From NCBI GenBank assembly GCA_963720545.1, contig OY970399.1:3296001-3360000 (forward strand): 64,000 nucleotides of DNA. The letters are read 5' to 3'. Below are positions 60,516-64,000 of this stretch, piece after piece; the stretch's first letter is position 1, and each line of letters begins with the position of its first letter. Under the pieces are notes generated by a model. That model made no database searches, was not told the DNA's origin, and saw only the letters and a program-made list of their open reading frames with translations. The stretch is from an uncultured Acidobacteriota bacterium (lineage in GTDB: Bacteria > Acidobacteriota > Vicinamibacteria > Fen-336). The position numbers were made by a program, and so were the translations under genes.

Positions 60516-62546
60516 TTACTCGCCGCGAGCGCCGAGCGCGCGCAACCGTTCCTTCGCCCGCGCATCGTCCGGGTTCGACCGCAGTTCCGCGCGATACGCA
60601 TCGGCGGCGGCGACCCGCCGGCCGAGTCGCTCCAGCGCCTGGCCCAGCGTGTACTGGCCGGACGGCACGTCTGCGTCGAGGCGCAGCGCCGCGCGCACCC
60701 GCTGTTCGGCTTCGGCAAAGCGGTGCCCGCGCAACGACACGCTCGCGAGCTGCAGCTGCGCCGGCGCCATCGCCGGATCGAGCTCGAGGGCGCGGCGCAG
60801 CGCGCGCTCGGCGGTGTGCACATCGCCCAGCTCGAGGCTGAGCGTCCCGAGGACGTACCACGCAGCGGGCCGCCGCGGCTGCGCGGTCAAAGCCGCCTCG
60901 AAGGCGGCGAGCGCCTCGCGCGCGGCGCGCGGCCGGCCCGCCGCGCGGCACGCCTCGACCAGCGGCATCAGCGTCGCGTCGTCGTCGGGACGCAGCGCCA
61001 GCGCGTGCTGGTAGGCGTCGATCGACTCGCCAAGCCGCCCCGCTTGCCGCAGCCAGTCGCCAAGCGCGATGTGCGCCTCCATTACCGCGGGGTCTGCGTC
61101 CACCACCTTGCGCGCCGCCGCGATGCCCGCCTCGAGCTGGCCCTCGACCGCCAGGCCCTTCGCCACCTCGAGCGCCGTGAACAGCGAGACCTTGTCCTTG
61201 GGATCCGGCAGCACCGCCGCGGGATCGGTGCGCAAAGCCGCGCTCGCATAGCCGAGAGCGGCGAGCCGCTCGCGCAATGCGGCATCGCCGCCGCCGCCCG
61301 GCACCGCGTCGGCGCGACCATCACCAGCCCCCTTGCGCTGCAGCGCGCCGCGCAGCTCGTCCGCGCGCGCGCCCAGGCTCGCATACATGTTGGCGCTCTC
61401 CGATGGATCCTTCGCGAGGTCGTAGTACTCCGGCCGCGGCGCCTCGATGTACTTCGTGGCTGCGGCGCGCAGCGAGCGCAGCTGCTGCCAGCCGAAATGA
61501 TTGCGCGGATACCAGGTCTCCGAGTAGGCGGCGTGGCCAAGCTCGACGCGTGGGTCGAGGAGCGCGCGCAGCAGCGAGCCGCCGTCGATATCCGGCTGCG
61601 GCGTCAGCGCCGCGAGGTCCAGCAGCGTCGGCAGGACGTCGACGCCCGACACCTGCGTGCGGCTGCGACCGCGCAGGCTCCAGGGCGTACGCACGATCAA
61701 CGGCACGGCCATGGTCGAGTCGTAGATGAAAAAGCCGTGGCCCCACTCGGAGTGCTCGCCGAGCGACTCGCCGTGGTCGGCCGTCACCACAACCACCGTG
61801 CGCTGCATGAGCCCGCGCGCCTGCAGGTGCGCAACCAACCGCCCGATCTGCTCGTCGCTGTAGGCGATCTCGCCGAGGTACGGTTCGGCCCGGTACCGCG
61901 AGCCCCACGGCTCCGGCGCGGCGTAGGGCTGGTGCGGATCGAAGAGGTGCAGCCACGCGAAGAAGCGACCCGCGCCAGCGCCAGTGACGGTGTCGATCCA
62001 TGCCATCGCGTCGTCCACCACCGCTGCCGCGGGCCGTTCGTAGCGACCAGTCTCGAAACGGTCCGAATACCGGTCGAACCCCTGGCCCATGCCGAAGCGC
62101 GACTCGAGCACCCACGCGCCGAGGAAGCCGCCGGTGGCGAAGCCCGCCTCCTTGAAGCGCTCCGCAAGCGTCTCGCGGTCCTGGCCGAGTGCCGCGGTGC
62201 CGTTGTCGTGGATTCCGTGATGCCCCGGCAGCAGCCCCGTGAGCAGCGAAGCGTGCGACGGCAGCGTCAGCGGCACGACCGCGGTCGATTGTTCGAACAC
62301 GACACCGTCGCTGGCCAGAGCGTCGAGCGCCGGCGTGGGCACGCCCTTGAAACCATAGGGGCCGATGCGGTCGGCGCGCAGCGTGTCTATGGTAATGAGC
62401 ACGACGTTGACGCTTGCAGGCGCCGGCGAAAGCCGCGCCAGCCTGCGGCGCGCTTGCTCCTGCGGATCGGCATGCGCCGACCGCCACAGCCAGGCGCCGG
62501 CCCAGGCCGCCAGCAGCAGCAGGCCGAGCTTCGCGGCGTTCGCCAT
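60516..62546 (-). CDS. Sulfatase-like hydrolase/transferase (alkaline phosphatase superfamily) with C-terminal TPRs
   Basis: NVVLITIDTLRAD, PLTLPSHASLLTG, HLFDPHQPY, TADHGE, EWGHG; TPR tail; N-terminal anchor. Confidence 0.9.
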   Translation of the reverse strand: MANAAKLGLLLLAAWAGAWLWRSAHADPQEQARRRLARLSPAPASVNVVLITIDTLRADRIGPYGFKGVPTPALDALASDGVVFEQSTAVVPLTLPSHASLLTGLLPGHHGIHDNGTAALGQDRETLAERFKEAGFATGGFLGAWVLESRFGMGQGFDRYSDRFETGRYERPAAAVVDDAMAWIDTVTGAGAGRFFAWLHLFDPHQPYAAPEPWGSRYRAEPYLGEIAYSDEQIGRLVAHLQARGLMQRTVVVVTADHGESLGEHSEWGHGFFIYDSTMAVPLIVRTPWSLRGRSRTQVSGVDVLPTLLDLAALTPQPDIDGGSLLRALLDPRVELGHAAYSETWYPRNHFGWQQLRSLRAAATKYIEAPRPEYYDLAKDPSESANMYASLGARADELRGALQRKGAGDGRADAVPGGGGDAALRERLAALGYASAALRTDPAAVLPDPKDKVSLFTALEVAKGLAVEGQLEAGIAAARKVVDADPAVMEAHIALGDWLRQAGRLGESIDAYQHALALRPDDDATLMPLVEACRAAGRPRAAREALAAFEAALTAQPRRPAAWYVLGTLSLELGDVHTAERALRRALELDPAMAPAQLQLASVSLRGHRFAEAEQRVRAALRLDADVPSGQYTLGQALERLGRRVAAADAYRAELRSNPDDARAKERLRALGARGE

Positions 62547-62548
62547 CT

Positions 62549-63826
62549 TCAATCGGGCCGCACCAGCCGCACCACCTGCACCGAGGAAAGCGTTCCGGGT
62601 GCCGCTGTTTCGAGGACGGGCGTCGTGTAGGCGATGTAGACCGCGTCGCCGATGCGGGCAGCGCGCGGCACGCCGCTGGACCGTGCCGGCAGGGTTGCGG
62701 AGACCGAAAGCGCCGCGCCGCGCCGGCCATCGGGAAACACCACGCGTGCGCGGATCTCGGCGTGTTCGGCGGCGCGCTCGATCCAGGTGACGAGCGCCGA
62801 GCCGTCGTCGAGCAGGACCACGTCCACCCTGCCGATGGCCCCGCCGTCATCGATCGGCACGGGCTTGCCGAAGGTCTCGCCGGCATCCTGCGAGAACGCG
62901 ACGAAGGCGCGCGCCCTGTTGTCGGCCATCGTGAACCACGCTGCGGCCACGGTGTCGCCGCGCGCATCGAGTTGCGGGCCGTTCACCGGGCAGGCGTTGA
63001 TTCGCCAGCCGTCCGCCGCCAGCGGCCGCGGCCGCGACCAGACGTTGTCGCGTTCGTAGACGAAACTGATGTCGCGCACGTCTTCCCCGGGCCCGCCGCC
63101 GGCGCCGTCGCCGTTGGTCCGATCGCGGTACGCGGCCACCAGTCCCTTCGCGGTGCGTGCCAGCGCCGTCTGGCAGCAGTCGCACACCCGCGAGTCGAGC
63201 ACGGTCTCGCCCGAGACACGGTTGCGCGCGTCGAGCGAGGCGAACATCAACATCATCGCGCCGCCGGACGCCGTCTTCCTTCCGTCCAGCCACGTGAGCG
63301 CCATGGTCCCGCCAGCGAGCGGTTGCAGCGAGACGAAGCCGTGTTCGGTGGGGGAGCGGTCGCTCGACACCAGCACAGGCTTGCTCCAGGTGCGGCCGTT
63401 GTCGCGCGAGCGAGCGGCGAGCACCTGATACGCATATTGCTCCTCCGACACCTTCTGCAACCATTGCGCAACCAGGGCGCCGTCCGCCGCTGCCACGATG
63501 GCAGGGAAGTCTGCCCAGTTCACGAACAGCCGCTCCGACCGCACCACCGTGACGGTCTTCGACCACTTTTCCCCGGCCAGCATCGCCATCCTCAAAGCAC
63601 CCGATTCAACCCATGACAGGATCAACCGCCCATCGCCGGTCGCCGACAGGAACGGCTCGGCCGCCCCCGGTCCGGCAGGGGAAACCACCGGCACGGCTCG
63701 CGGCGCAGGTCCCGCGTCCGAAGGCAAAGGCGTAGGCGTAGCCGACGCGGCGGACGGAGCACCGCCGCGCGAGCAACCGGCAACGGCGCAGAGCAGGAAC
63801 AAGGCGAACGCGGCGCGAACAGGCAT
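62549..63826 (-). CDS. BNR/Asp-box (sialidase-like) lipoprotein
   Basis: Lipobox VAGC; Asp-boxes SRDNGRTW and SQDAGETF; VNWADFP, CDCCQT, CPVNGP. Confidence 0.8.
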   Translation of the reverse strand: MPVRAAFALFLLCAVAGCSRGGAPSAASATPTPLPSDAGPAPRAVPVVSPAGPGAAEPFLSATGDGRLILSWVESGALRMAMLAGEKWSKTVTVVRSERLFVNWADFPAIVAAADGALVAQWLQKVSEEQYAYQVLAARSRDNGRTWSKPVLVSSDRSPTEHGFVSLQPLAGGTMALTWLDGRKTASGGAMMLMFASLDARNRVSGETVLDSRVCDCCQTALARTAKGLVAAYRDRTNGDGAGGGPGEDVRDISFVYERDNVWSRPRPLAADGWRINACPVNGPQLDARGDTVAAAWFTMADNRARAFVAFSQDAGETFGKPVPIDDGGAIGRVDVVLLDDGSALVTWIERAAEHAEIRARVVFPDGRRGAALSVSATLPARSSGVPRAARIGDAVYIAYTTPVLETAAPGTLSSVQVVRLVRPD

Positions 63827-63912
63827 CGGCCTTTCTACCACGCGCCCGCGCGCGCCTGTGACCCGCGCATTTCAGGCTGGAAAGCCGCCCGCGCTACACT
63901 GGCCGTTCTCCC

Positions 63913-64000
63913 ATGCCTGCCGCCAGGGCCGCAACCACCACGGCGCAGCCGTTCCTCGAGCGCATCCAGGAGGGCGTCGTCGTGTGCGACGGCGCCACCG
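63913..64000 (+). CDS. Homocysteine S-methyltransferase family protein, N-terminus only (3' truncated by window edge)
   Basis: MPAARAATTTAQPFLERIQEGVVVCDGAT matches the FL..L...V...DGA.G start of the family; TACACT upstream. Confidence 0.6.
   Translation, partial: MPAARAATTTAQPFLERIQEGVVVCDGAT

Noticed and set aside
63400..63830. Locally lower GC at third codon positions in the 5' part of the Asp-box gene as a sign of horizontal transfer
   Set aside because: Short, judged only by eye, frame intact and no mobility markers

Overview
About 70% GC bacterial chromosomal window with roughly 55 genes. Gene content (Oar-like TonB-dependent receptor, duplicated ADOP-type permease, bshC-bshA-bshB1, DUF885, long HTSINPNK-type ArgRS) suggests Acidobacteriota, probably Vicinamibacteria-like; this is inference. 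Housekeeping blocks: argS, uvrC, S2P-trpS-scpA-scpB-rluB-cmk, gcvTHP, rarA, greA, lepB, ada, mobA and a bacillithiol operon. These are mixed with envelope and secreted proteins. I found no rRNA, tRNA, CRISPR array, prophage or transposase. Best candidates for undescribed biology: (1) a Hanks-type Ser/Thr kinase fused through a TM helix and two PEGA domains to a TonB C-terminal domain, a possible trans-envelope sensor of TonB-box exposure; (2) a secreted DUF6345-like protein with a caspase-like HG...AC dyad and a secreted partner; (3) a membrane-embedded pseudo-patatin abutting greA. The non-coding DNA shows many apparent leaderless starts, a recurring symmetric ANNNTANNNT core between divergent genes, sigma54, ECF and Ada-box-like sites, and a small family of palindromic intergenic repeats. 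Two small membrane proteins fall below the ORF track's reach. Two single-base frameshifts may be assembly errors. All family calls come from motif recognition by eye, not database searches.
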